A stretch of DNA of 10,899 nucleotides from Candidatus Nanohalobium sp. (GCA_042216335.1 JBDGTY010000058.1:1-10899); one strand, 5' to 3'; counted from the first letter of the stretch, positions 1 to 7,047 are shown. Notes: generated by a model not told the origin, from the sequence alone. Numbers and translations: made by a program.

Positions 1-208
1 CGATTGAGGAGAACTCGTTGTTCAGTTTCCTGAGTTCTTCTGTCTGGGCCTTGACATATGGACAGTGGTTGCACATGAAGACGACTAGAACGCCGTCGTA
101 GTTGTCCAGGTCGGAGAGTGCGACGTGTTCTCCTTCATAGTTCTGTAGTTCGAAGTCTGGCACTGGTTGTTTCTGTTCAAGTTCTGAGTTGGATTTTTTG
201 AGGCTCAT
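1..208 (-). CDS. Thioredoxin-fold redoxin (AhpC/TSA, PRX-like1 type), 5' part; runs off the window start
   Basis: Manual translation from ATG at 208: MSLKKSNSELEQKQPVPDFELQNYEGEHVALSDLDNYDGVLVVFMCNHCPYVKAQTEELRKLNNEFSSI... The PDFEL, VxLSD and VVFMCNHCPYV motifs are typical of this family. Not in the ORF track because the stop lies outside the window. Confidence 0.92.
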   Translation of the reverse strand, partial: MSLKKSNSELEQKQPVPDFELQNYEGEHVALSDLDNYDGVLVVFMCNHCPYVKAQTEELRKLNNEFSSI

Positions 209-524
209 ACTTCTTCACTTCTCACGTTTTTTGAGGGGTTGTCTGGCTTTGCGAAGTTTGCGTTTTCAGCAGAAAAACCTTTTTGCTCGTATCCACGCCT
301 CTTTAGTTCATCTTGCATGTAAGCTAGTGCTGGATGGTCTTCTGTCGCTATCTCGTCGTAGTTTTGTTTGTACGATGCTTTTTCTGGAGTGATCTCTATT
401 TCGATTGTTTTCCTTCATAAATCAGCTTATGTCCTCTTCCTTCAACTTCAACGCCTTTTCCTCTTAGTTCTTTGAAGATAGATTCTATATCTCCTCTTTT
501 ATCGTTCTCCAAGTGCTGAACCAT
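205..524 (-). pseudogene. Frameshifted hypothetical gene (~106 aa if joined); pseudogene, sequencing indel or -1 recoding
   Basis: ATG 524 opens MVQHLENDKRGDIESIFKELRGKGVEVEGRGHKLIYEGKQSK* (TAG 398-396). The -1 frame is open from 414 to 205: RKTIEIEITPEKASYKQNYDEIATEDHPALAYMQDELKRRGYEQKGFSAENANFAKPDNPSKNVRSEEV*. Its TGA (207-205) overlaps the redoxin ATG as ATGA. One extra A in the A4 run at 411-408 joins the two frames. Confidence 0.7.
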
Positions 525-546
525 GTTTTTGACTTGGTTGTAAACT

Positions 547-560
547 CTTAAGCACTTTTC
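547..560 (-). promoter_or_regulatory. Putative BRE + TATA box for the leftward transcript
   Basis: The minus strand reads GAAAAG-TG-CTTAAG. CTTAAG (552-547) is centred about 25 nt upstream of ATG 524, the spacing expected for a leaderless haloarchaeal-type promoter. Confidence 0.5.
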
Positions 561-570
561 CTGAGACAGA

Positions 571-580
571 TATTTTAAAC
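571..580 (+). promoter_or_regulatory. Putative TATA box for fba-fbp (leaderless)
   Basis: TATTTTAAAC; TTTTAAA lies at -31 to -25 from ATG 604, and no clear Shine-Dalgarno precedes the ATG. Confidence 0.55.
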
Positions 581-603
581 CAGCAAAGGTAATACATCGT
601 AAT

Positions 604-1422
604 ATGAAAGAACATCCTGACTCTCCGATCTACCGGAATGGAAACTCACTGATACTGGCATACGACCATGGCACAGAGCACGGCCCTGTCGACTTCGAGC
701 CAATGCCTAAAAGTGCCGATCCAAGGCACGTGTTTGAGGTCGCGAGGCACGACGCAGTGACAGCTATCGCACTCCAGAAAGGGAACGCTGAATACTACAG
801 GGACTGGCAGGAAGAAACCGGCAACGAAGGGGCGCCACTTCTCGTCAAATTGAACGGCAACTCCAACTTGTCGAAAAGGGAGGACTACTACAGCCCGAAA
901 CAATGTTCTGTAAAATATGCGGTCGAGGAGCTGGACGCAGACGCGATCGGATACACGATGTACGCAGGAAGCATCCACGAGGACGAGATGTGGAAGGAGT
1001 TCCGGGAGGTACAGGAGGAAGCAAGAAAGTACGACATCCCTGTGGTAATGTGGAGCTATCCAAGAGGAAAAGGGATAGAGGAAAACCCGGACTATTCCGG
1101 GCAGAAAGATCCGGACGTTGTTGCGTACGGTGCACGCCTTGGACTGGAGCTCGGTGCTGATATGGTGAAGTGTAAGTATCCGGGCGAGCAGGAGGACTGG
1201 GAACAGCTTGAAAGCCAGGTAAAAGGCCTGAAAACCGTTATGTCTGGTGGATCAAAGAGAAGTGATCGGGCGTTCCTTCAGGACGTCCATGACACCATCG
1301 AAGTCGGTGGAAATGGCCTCGCTGTTGGCAGAAACATCTTCCAGAGAGAGGATCCCGAGGAACTGCTGGACGGGCTTGAAGGAGTAATCTTTGAGGACAA
1401 GAGCGTAGAAGAAGTGGTTTAA
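604..1422 (+). CDS. fba: Fructose-bisphosphate aldolase class I, archaeal/DhnA type
   Basis: Motifs LAYDHGxEHGP, VKLNG, ADAIGYT, WSYPRG, Schiff-base Lys in GADMVKCKY, SGG and GLAVGRNIFQ. Lies 3 bp upstream of the FBPase gene. Confidence 0.93.
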   Translation: MKEHPDSPIYRNGNSLILAYDHGTEHGPVDFEPMPKSADPRHVFEVARHDAVTAIALQKGNAEYYRDWQEETGNEGAPLLVKLNGNSNLSKREDYYSPKQCSVKYAVEELDADAIGYTMYAGSIHEDEMWKEFREVQEEARKYDIPVVMWSYPRGKGIEENPDYSGQKDPDVVAYGARLGLELGADMVKCKYPGEQEDWEQLESQVKGLKTVMSGGSKRSDRAFLQDVHDTIEVGGNGLAVGRNIFQREDPEELLDGLEGVIFEDKSVEEVV

Positions 1423-1425
1423 TCG

Positions 1426-2280
1426 ATGGATAATGAAGAAGTTGTCGATCAGGTTATCCGGAGTGTGGCGGAGGCAGCTCCTCATATAACTTCTGGTGTG
1501 ATGCATCGCAGGGAGTACGTTGGAGAGGAGAATCCCTCGGACGAAGAGGTTATGGAGGCGGATGTCTGGGCCAACGAGTTCCTTAAGGAAAAGATTACAG
1601 CTATAGAGGGTGTCGGAGAATTTGCTTCAGAGGAAGAGGAGGAAGTAACAAGGTGTGGAGAAGGTTTAAGCGTCGCAATCGACCCTCTTGACGGCTCTTC
1701 CAACATCCCGACGAACAACCTGGTGGGAACTATCGTCGGTATCTATGATGAAGAACTGCCATGTAAGGGCGAGAACCTTGTCGCAGCATTTTATGTTCTG
1801 TATGGTCCGTTGACGACTTTTACTGTTGCCAGGGGTGGAGAAGTAAATGAATACGTCTTGGAGGAATCGAGCGGCGATGATGTGGAGCTTCACCTGGCCA
1901 GTGAAGACGTAGAAATCTCCGGGAAGAAGACGTACGGTTTTGGCGGCAACAAGGACTGGTTCGATGAATTCAGGAAAATGGAGGACAAGATTTCTGAAAA
2001 ATACAAGCTGAGGTATGGTGGTTCGCTGGTCGGCGATTTCAACCAGATGCTGCATCACGGCGGAGTGTTTGGCTATCCTGCGAAAGAGGGTTATGAGAAC
2101 GGTAAGTACCGTCTTATGTTTGAAGGGAATCCGATGGCTTTCATAACGGAGGAGGCTGGCGGAAGAGCCAGCACAGGAGATGAAAGAATCCTTGAAGTCG
2201 AGGCAGAGAAAGTTCATCAGAGAATTCCATTTGTTGCAGGTCATGAAGACATGGTTGAGGAAGTAGAGGAAGCGATGTAG
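1426..2280 (+). CDS. fbp: Fructose-1,6-bisphosphatase class 1
   Basis: Metal-binding ASEE and AIDPLDGSSN motifs, plus LYGP, LRYGGSLVGD and RLMFEGNPMAFITEEAGG; strongly acidic. Confidence 0.96.
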   Translation: MDNEEVVDQVIRSVAEAAPHITSGVMHRREYVGEENPSDEEVMEADVWANEFLKEKITAIEGVGEFASEEEEEVTRCGEGLSVAIDPLDGSSNIPTNNLVGTIVGIYDEELPCKGENLVAAFYVLYGPLTTFTVARGGEVNEYVLEESSGDDVELHLASEDVEISGKKTYGFGGNKDWFDEFRKMEDKISEKYKLRYGGSLVGDFNQMLHHGGVFGYPAKEGYENGKYRLMFEGNPMAFITEEAGGRASTGDERILEVEAEKVHQRIPFVAGHEDMVEEVEEAM

Positions 2281-2285
2281 GCCGA

Positions 2286-2302
2286 TTTTTTATTTACATT
2301 TT
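2286..2302 (+). terminator. Oligo-T tract: probable fba-fbp terminator, overlapping a TATA-like box for the next gene
   Basis: TTTTTTATTTACATTTT starts 5 nt after the fbp stop. The TTTTTATT part sits about 24-31 nt upstream of ATG 2318. Confidence 0.45.
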
Positions 2303-2317
2303 CCAAATTCTGTATTG

Positions 2318-2719
2318 ATGGATATTCGGTATCTGGTGCCATTGATTCTGCTGGTCGTAGCCGTTCCGATCTACCTCGGTTCCGGAGAGAAAGCCCTGAC
2401 GGTAGATGAAGCAGTTCAAAGGTCGGGAGAACTTCAGGGCCAGAACATCACCGTAAGAGGAAAGGTGGTTCAGGGGCGTTTGATGTGCACGCAGATGTAC
2501 TGCGGTAACAGCTCGTGCTGCAACACGTGCTCCGGACAGGTAAGACTTAAAGGAGAAAAAAGCATTACGCTACAGGGGGAGAACATCGGCTGCTCCGGAA
2601 AAAGCTGTAACATAACCTGCACACCAGAGACAGGCCAAAAATACATTGTAAAGGGACAACTCCAGAAGAAATACGGCCAGATAGTGCTTAGAGTGAGTAA
2701 CTACAGGAAGGTGAACTAG
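2318..2719 (+). CDS. Hypothetical membrane-anchored/secreted Cys-rich protein, probable OB-fold-like beta barrel
   Basis: 133 aa from ATG 2318 (the ORF track uses TTG 2315). N-terminal hydrophobic helix YLVPLILLVVAVPIYL. OB-like pattern GQNITVRGKV ... GQKYIVKGQL ... IVLRV. Eight Cys (CTQMYC, CCNTC, CSGKSC, TC) and three N-X-S/T sequons. Ends 2 bp before the protease ATG. Confidence 0.85.
   Translation: MDIRYLVPLILLVVAVPIYLGSGEKALTVDEAVQRSGELQGQNITVRGKVVQGRLMCTQMYCGNSSCCNTCSGQVRLKGEKSITLQGENIGCSGKSCNITCTPETGQKYIVKGQLQKKYGQIVLRVSNYRKVN
2706..2714 (+). promoter_or_regulatory. Shine-Dalgarno site for the protease gene
   Basis: GGAAGGTGA, close to the archaeal GGAGGTGA consensus, 7 nt before ATG 2722 and inside the upstream gene. 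Supports a polycistronic mRNA. Confidence 0.65.
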
Positions 2720-2721
2720 AT

Positions 2722-5700
2722 ATGGTCTCAAGAAAAACCTCTTTACTGCTTTTTGCCTTAACTCTGATCTCTGCAGCATCCTCACAGCCTATACATCTCA
2801 AGGGAAACACTTTTACTCCTTTTGAGAAAAATACTCCGAAGATACAGTCGTTCGGAATTCAGGAATACGCGGATGAATACATGCTGCTTCAGTTCGGGGA
2901 TCCGACCAGTCAAGAATACAGGGAGAAAATTTCAGAGAAAGGCGTAGATTTCATCTCCTACATCCCGGAGAACGCCTGGCTCGTCAAAGTGGACGCGAGG
3001 AGAAGTGAGATAGTCTCTGAGGAAAAGGTGAAGTTCCTCGGCCCTTACCGCGCCGAGTACAAAGTCTCTCCTTCACTGGAAAAGAAGACCTCCAGGAGAT
3101 CTGGCAGCGTTCGGATACGTGTCGAGCTGTTCAGCGGAAACCCAGAACAGGTTCTTTCCAGTTACGGCACGCTGGAGGGCAAATTTGGGCCGAAGACATG
3201 GAAACTGGAGACAAAATACTCCAGGATTTCCGATATAGCAGAGGAGAAACAGGTGAAATGGATATCTCCGAAGCCTTCGGAACTAACGACATTGAACGAT
3301 GGTTCACGGAAAGTGATTGACGCAGAAAGAGTACAGAGCTCTCCCTACGGATTGAAGGGTGACGGTTTTACTGCTGCAGTATGGGATGCTGGATGGGCAG
3401 GACTGCACGAAGACCTGAACTACACAGAATCCAAACTTGTGATCGGGGACAAAGGCGAGAACTGTGGTTCTCATTGTTCGGTGCAGGATCATGCTACGCA
3501 TGTCTCGGGAACGATGCTGGGAGCGGGAATCAACGACTCTACTTACAGGGGTGTCGCTCCGAATGCGTCCCTGGCGACCTATGAGTGGCCGGAAGGCAGT
3601 TACTCCGAGCTATACAGCGAGACAGACGAAGCCATAACTCAGTACGGAGCTGTCCTGTCACAGAATTCATGGGGCTGGCTTATACAGTCCAGCAATAAGG
3701 AAGATATGGGAGACTACAAAGGACTCTCCGCAGGTTACGATAACATAACTCGAGGTGACCCATCTGGCATCTCTGAAGCTATTTCTGTTGTCTTTGCTGC
3801 TGGGAACGAAGGGAATAGCTGGGGTTTCAGGTACAACACAACGACTGGTCCAGGAGCCACGGCCAAAAACACGATAACAGTAGGCGCAGTTGATGACTAC
3901 ATACCGGATGCGAGTAGTGATATAGCCTCGTTCTCCTCCTGGGGGCCTACTGATGACGGCAGGATAAAACCTACAGTAGTTGCGAACGGGTACGGCGTAA
4001 AGTCCACAGTACCGGACAAATACATTGATATAAGGCCTCCGCCTGATGGAAATGGGAATGATGATTATTCCCACCCCTACGATTACATGAGTGGTACTTC
4101 GATGGCTGCTCCGGCAGTTTCCGGAGCTGTGATACTGCTGAACCAGAAGTTCAATCGGACGCATGGAAAGTTGCCGACTCCGGCTGTGACTAAAGGCTTG
4201 CTTATCCATACAGCGGAAGATTTGAACAGGACTGGCCCTGACTATGTAACTGGCTGGGGCCTGGTGAACACTACGTCTGGGGTAAGATACGTTGAGCAGG
4301 CCTCGAATGAAAACTTGATCAGGAAAGGGTCGCTTGGCAACGGTGATTCAGACAGCTATACTGTAAACGTCCCGGAAGGCGGCGACATGGAATTCACGCT
4401 TGTCTGGAGTGATTATCCTGCCAGCTCAGGAGCCTCAAAGACCCTGGTAAACGATCTTGATCTGGTTGTAAGGAACTCTACAGGGCACCGATTCTATCCC
4501 TATAGTTTGAGCTGGGAGAACAGGACCCACCCAGCACTGCAGACGCAGGAAGACCACACAAACCCAGTCGAACAGGTGGAGATAAAGAACACCAACTCAT
4601 CGACACTCACCGTCAATGTAAACGGCAGCTCGGTGCCACAGCCATCACAGAACTACACCCTATTATTGGATCAGGACTTAATCTTCAAACCGGAGATAAC
4701 TATAGAATCGCCCGGGAACATTACCTATTCACAGAGTCCTGACTTCAACATCAGTACTAACATCAACCTCACGGATGCCAGATTCTCAATCGGAGGAACC
4801 AACTATTCCATGAAGAAGCTTAACTCCACATACTTCTACAACACCTCCGCAAATATCCCGGATGGAAGGAAGAACGTCACCTTCTGGGCCAACAGCACCG
4901 ACGGAATATGGGCCTCAGAATCAATCGGCTTCACTCTGGACAATACACCGCCAAACCTGAGCGTTGTCAAACCATCCGACAACGCGTTCCTGAACACCTC
5001 TTTTGCGATCAATGCCACATGGTCAGACAATCTGACAGGAGTATCCTCAGCAGAATACATACTGGAAAACAGAAGTTTCAATCAAACGGGAGAACTGAAT
5101 ACGATGATAGATATCTCCGATCTTGCAGACACGGAGTACAACATCACATACAACGTAACTGATGGAGCAGGAAACAGCAACACTGCCAGGATCAACATCA
5201 CATTGGACACAGAGGCTCCGGAACTAAACATCACAAATCCTGATGAAGGTCCTGTAAAAGGCATGTTCAACGTGAACGCCACGGCCTCCGATCTGAACGA
5301 GGTAAAAAGCCTGAACTACTCACTGAGGAACGGATCTCTCATCGAACAGGGAAGCCTTAACACTACTCTGAACAGCTCAGATTACTCTGATGGAGAGTAC
5401 ACTCTGGAGGTTAAGGGGATGGATGAAGCAGGCAACATGAACACTTCTTCGATAAACCTGACCTTTGATAGTACACCCCCTCAACTTGTAAGTTCGGAAC
5501 CGCGGACAGGGGCAAACGTCTCCGGTACTGTTGACATAAGTGCATCCTTCTCAGACCTGACGGGAATAGTAAACTCCAGTTTCAGGTGGTTGAACTCCTC
5601 CGGCAATGTCACAGGGTGGAAACCGCTGAACTACACAGGATTCGATACAACCAATTTAACGGATGGAAGTTACAACATCTCAGTTAATGCCTCCGATGAA

Positions 5701-7047
5701 CTTGGCAACTATGCCCTATTCAGCGTCACGGATGTAACAATCGACAACACAGACCCATCCATAGATATAACGGAGTACAACATGTCTTCAACCTACAAGG
5801 GATGGATCAACAACAGCAAGAAGATCCGGCTGAGCTGCACGGACTCAGGAACTGGTGTCTCAACTATTGAAGCTGCAGGAACCGTGAAGGATGTCTCGAC
5901 CGCGAACTTCACTCTGTCAGATACAGGCAACCGGAGCTATCAGTTCCGATGCAGCGATTACGCAGGAAACAGTCTGACGAAGTCCAGACAGTATGCTATA
6001 GACGGGAAGTCTCCGGCTCTGGATTCTGTAACTCCTTCTGAGGGCTCGGAGACTGCCAGAAGCTTCACTATGGATGGGCAGTTCCAGGACGAATCCGATG
6101 AGTCCGGTATCAACGTTTCAGCCAGCAGCCTCAGCATATCGAAGGGAGACCTAGATGAGGTTACATGGAGTAACAGTTCCTTCTCGGCGGAGGTCAGCGG
6201 CCTTGAGTATTCGGAAACCTTCGAGGTAGACGGAAGGATAGTCGACAACCTGGGCCACGCCGAAACGGTCGACATAGACTACACAGTCAAATCCGATACC
6301 AGCTCGACCTCATCAGATTCAAGCGGAGATGGAGGAGGTTCAGGTGGTGGCGGAGGCTCTGGAGGATTCACAGCGACATCCACGAACTTGAGTGAAAACA
6401 CTTCATCAGAGAATACAACAGAGTCTAACCTGACACAGGAACAGGATCAGAATGAAAGTACTGGTCCTGAATGCCGGACACCGGTTCACGCAGCCTCAGA
6501 AGAAGAGGGACGCTGCATGGTTTACAGGGAAACCTGTCCTCCTCAGAACTGGAACAGGGTAGAGAGCTGCAGTTCATGGAGGCAAAGAGAGAAGGCAGAA
6601 GAACTGATACAGAACCTCTCACAGCTCGACGGATCAAAAGTGGATGAAGAACTCCTTAAGCAGGCACAAGTCCAGTTAAAGGCCGGAAACTTCAGCAAAG
6701 CCGCTCAACTGGCATCAAGAGCCAGGAGAAAAGTTTCCGGGAAAAAACAGGGAGGGCTGCAGCCTTCGGTCTATGCTTCGATCCTGGCAGGGCTTGTACT
6801 AGTTTCGATACTTGGATTTTACGGTTACGGGTTCTACCGCAGGAAGTTGCTGGAGAAAGAGATCGAGAGAACCTCTGAAAAAGTAGCAAAGGCGGTAGAA
6901 AACGGAGGTATCTCCGAAGATCAGGAATTCGTCCACGAGATACTCGCTGCCGGCAAAGCCATCGAACTCGGAGAATACGGAGAAGCCAGGAAAAGACTTG
7001 AAGGTTTCTACGAGGAAGCTGGAGAAAAATTCTCGGAAACGAGTTAA
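2722..7047 (+). CDS. Membrane-anchored extracellular S8 (subtilisin-like, Kp43-type) serine protease with Ig-like repeats
   Basis: Sec-type signal peptide and ~170-aa prodomain. Triad Asp222 (VWDAG, nt 3385), His257 (DHATHVSGT, nt 3490), Ser460 (SGTSMAAP, nt 4099); oxyanion Asn362 (AAGNEG). Kp43-like TAKNxITVGA, SSWGPTDDGRIKP, GWG and C-domain TLVWSDYP...LVNDLDL...NPVEQV. Then Ig-like repeats, a G/S linker, a 4-Cys module, a TM helix (~6769-6837) followed by RRK, and a ~70-aa tail. Confidence 0.93.
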   Translation: MVSRKTSLLLFALTLISAASSQPIHLKGNTFTPFEKNTPKIQSFGIQEYADEYMLLQFGDPTSQEYREKISEKGVDFISYIPENAWLVKVDARRSEIVSEEKVKFLGPYRAEYKVSPSLEKKTSRRSGSVRIRVELFSGNPEQVLSSYGTLEGKFGPKTWKLETKYSRISDIAEEKQVKWISPKPSELTTLNDGSRKVIDAERVQSSPYGLKGDGFTAAVWDAGWAGLHEDLNYTESKLVIGDKGENCGSHCSVQDHATHVSGTMLGAGINDSTYRGVAPNASLATYEWPEGSYSELYSETDEAITQYGAVLSQNSWGWLIQSSNKEDMGDYKGLSAGYDNITRGDPSGISEAISVVFAAGNEGNSWGFRYNTTTGPGATAKNTITVGAVDDYIPDASSDIASFSSWGPTDDGRIKPTVVANGYGVKSTVPDKYIDIRPPPDGNGNDDYSHPYDYMSGTSMAAPAVSGAVILLNQKFNRTHGKLPTPAVTKGLLIHTAEDLNRTGPDYVTGWGLVNTTSGVRYVEQASNENLIRKGSLGNGDSDSYTVNVPEGGDMEFTLVWSDYPASSGASKTLVNDLDLVVRNSTGHRFYPYSLSWENRTHPALQTQEDHTNPVEQVEIKNTNSSTLTVNVNGSSVPQPSQNYTLLLDQDLIFKPEITIESPGNITYSQSPDFNISTNINLTDARFSIGGTNYSMKKLNSTYFYNTSANIPDGRKNVTFWANSTDGIWASESIGFTLDNTPPNLSVVKPSDNAFLNTSFAINATWSDNLTGVSSAEYILENRSFNQTGELNTMIDISDLADTEYNITYNVTDGAGNSNTARINITLDTEAPELNITNPDEGPVKGMFNVNATASDLNEVKSLNYSLRNGSLIEQGSLNTTLNSSDYSDGEYTLEVKGMDEAGNMNTSSINLTFDSTPPQLVSSEPRTGANVSGTVDISASFSDLTGIVNSSFRWLNSSGNVTGWKPLNYTGFDTTNLTDGSYNISVNASDELGNYALFSVTDVTIDNTDPSIDITEYNMSSTYKGWINNSKKIRLSCTDSGTGVSTIEAAGTVKDVSTANFTLSDTGNRSYQFRCSDYAGNSLTKSRQYAIDGKSPALDSVTPSEGSETARSFTMDGQFQDESDESGINVSASSLSISKGDLDEVTWSNSSFSAEVSGLEYSETFEVDGRIVDNLGHAETVDIDYTVKSDTSSTSSDSSGDGGGSGGGGGSGGFTATSTNLSENTSSENTTESNLTQEQDQNESTGPECRTPVHAASEEEGRCMVYRETCPPQNWNRVESCSSWRQREKAEELIQNLSQLDGSKVDEELLKQAQVQLKAGNFSKAAQLASRARRKVSGKKQGGLQPSVYASILAGLVLVSILGFYGYGFYRRKLLEKEIERTSEKVAKAVENGGISEDQEFVHEILAAGKAIELGEYGEARKRLEGFYEEAGEKFSETS
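4690..6291 (+). repeat. About six tandem, degenerate Ig-like (Big-type) domains in the protease
   Basis: DxxxP boundaries at nt 4939 (DNTPP), 5206 (DTEAP), 5467 (DSTPP), 5743 (DNTDP) and 6001 (DGKSP), spaced 86-92 aa apart. Recurrent DxxGN motif (DGAGN, DEAGN, DELGN, DYAGN, DNLGH). The repeats are protein-level only. Confidence 0.8.
6292..6462 (+). repeat. Low-complexity Ser/Gly then Thr/Ser/Asn/Glu linker
   Basis: SDTSSTSSDSSGDGGGSGGGGGSGGFTATSTNLSENTSSENTTESNLTQEQDQNEST; a typical flexible stalk of archaeal surface glycoproteins. Confidence 0.8.

Noticed and set aside
189-392. 67-aa plus-strand ORF in the track
   Set aside because: Antisense shadow of the frameshifted minus-strand gene; TTG start and L/R/F-rich composition unlike this proteome.
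604-1422. Alternative DhnA-family functions (ADH synthase AroA', LsrF)
   Set aside because: Direct coupling to fbp and the DHGxEHGP and WSYPRG motifs favour FBP aldolase.
2486-2500. CxxxY (CTQMY) suggesting a variant CcmE heme chaperone (TM + OB fold)
   Set aside because: In CcmE the motif lies at the C-terminal end of the barrel; here it is early, embedded among eight Cys, and no ccm genes are nearby.
6325-6366. GGN-rich tract as a DNA repeat or G-quadruplex
   Set aside because: Explained by the Gly/Ser linker with mixed synonymous codons.
2722-7047. Calling the protease a SPEARE protein or a halolysin
   Set aside because: It is far shorter than the multi-thousand-residue SPEARE proteins with no visible endonuclease domain. 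It lacks a Tat twin-Arg signal and has a Kp43-type C-domain plus TM anchor, unlike halolysins.
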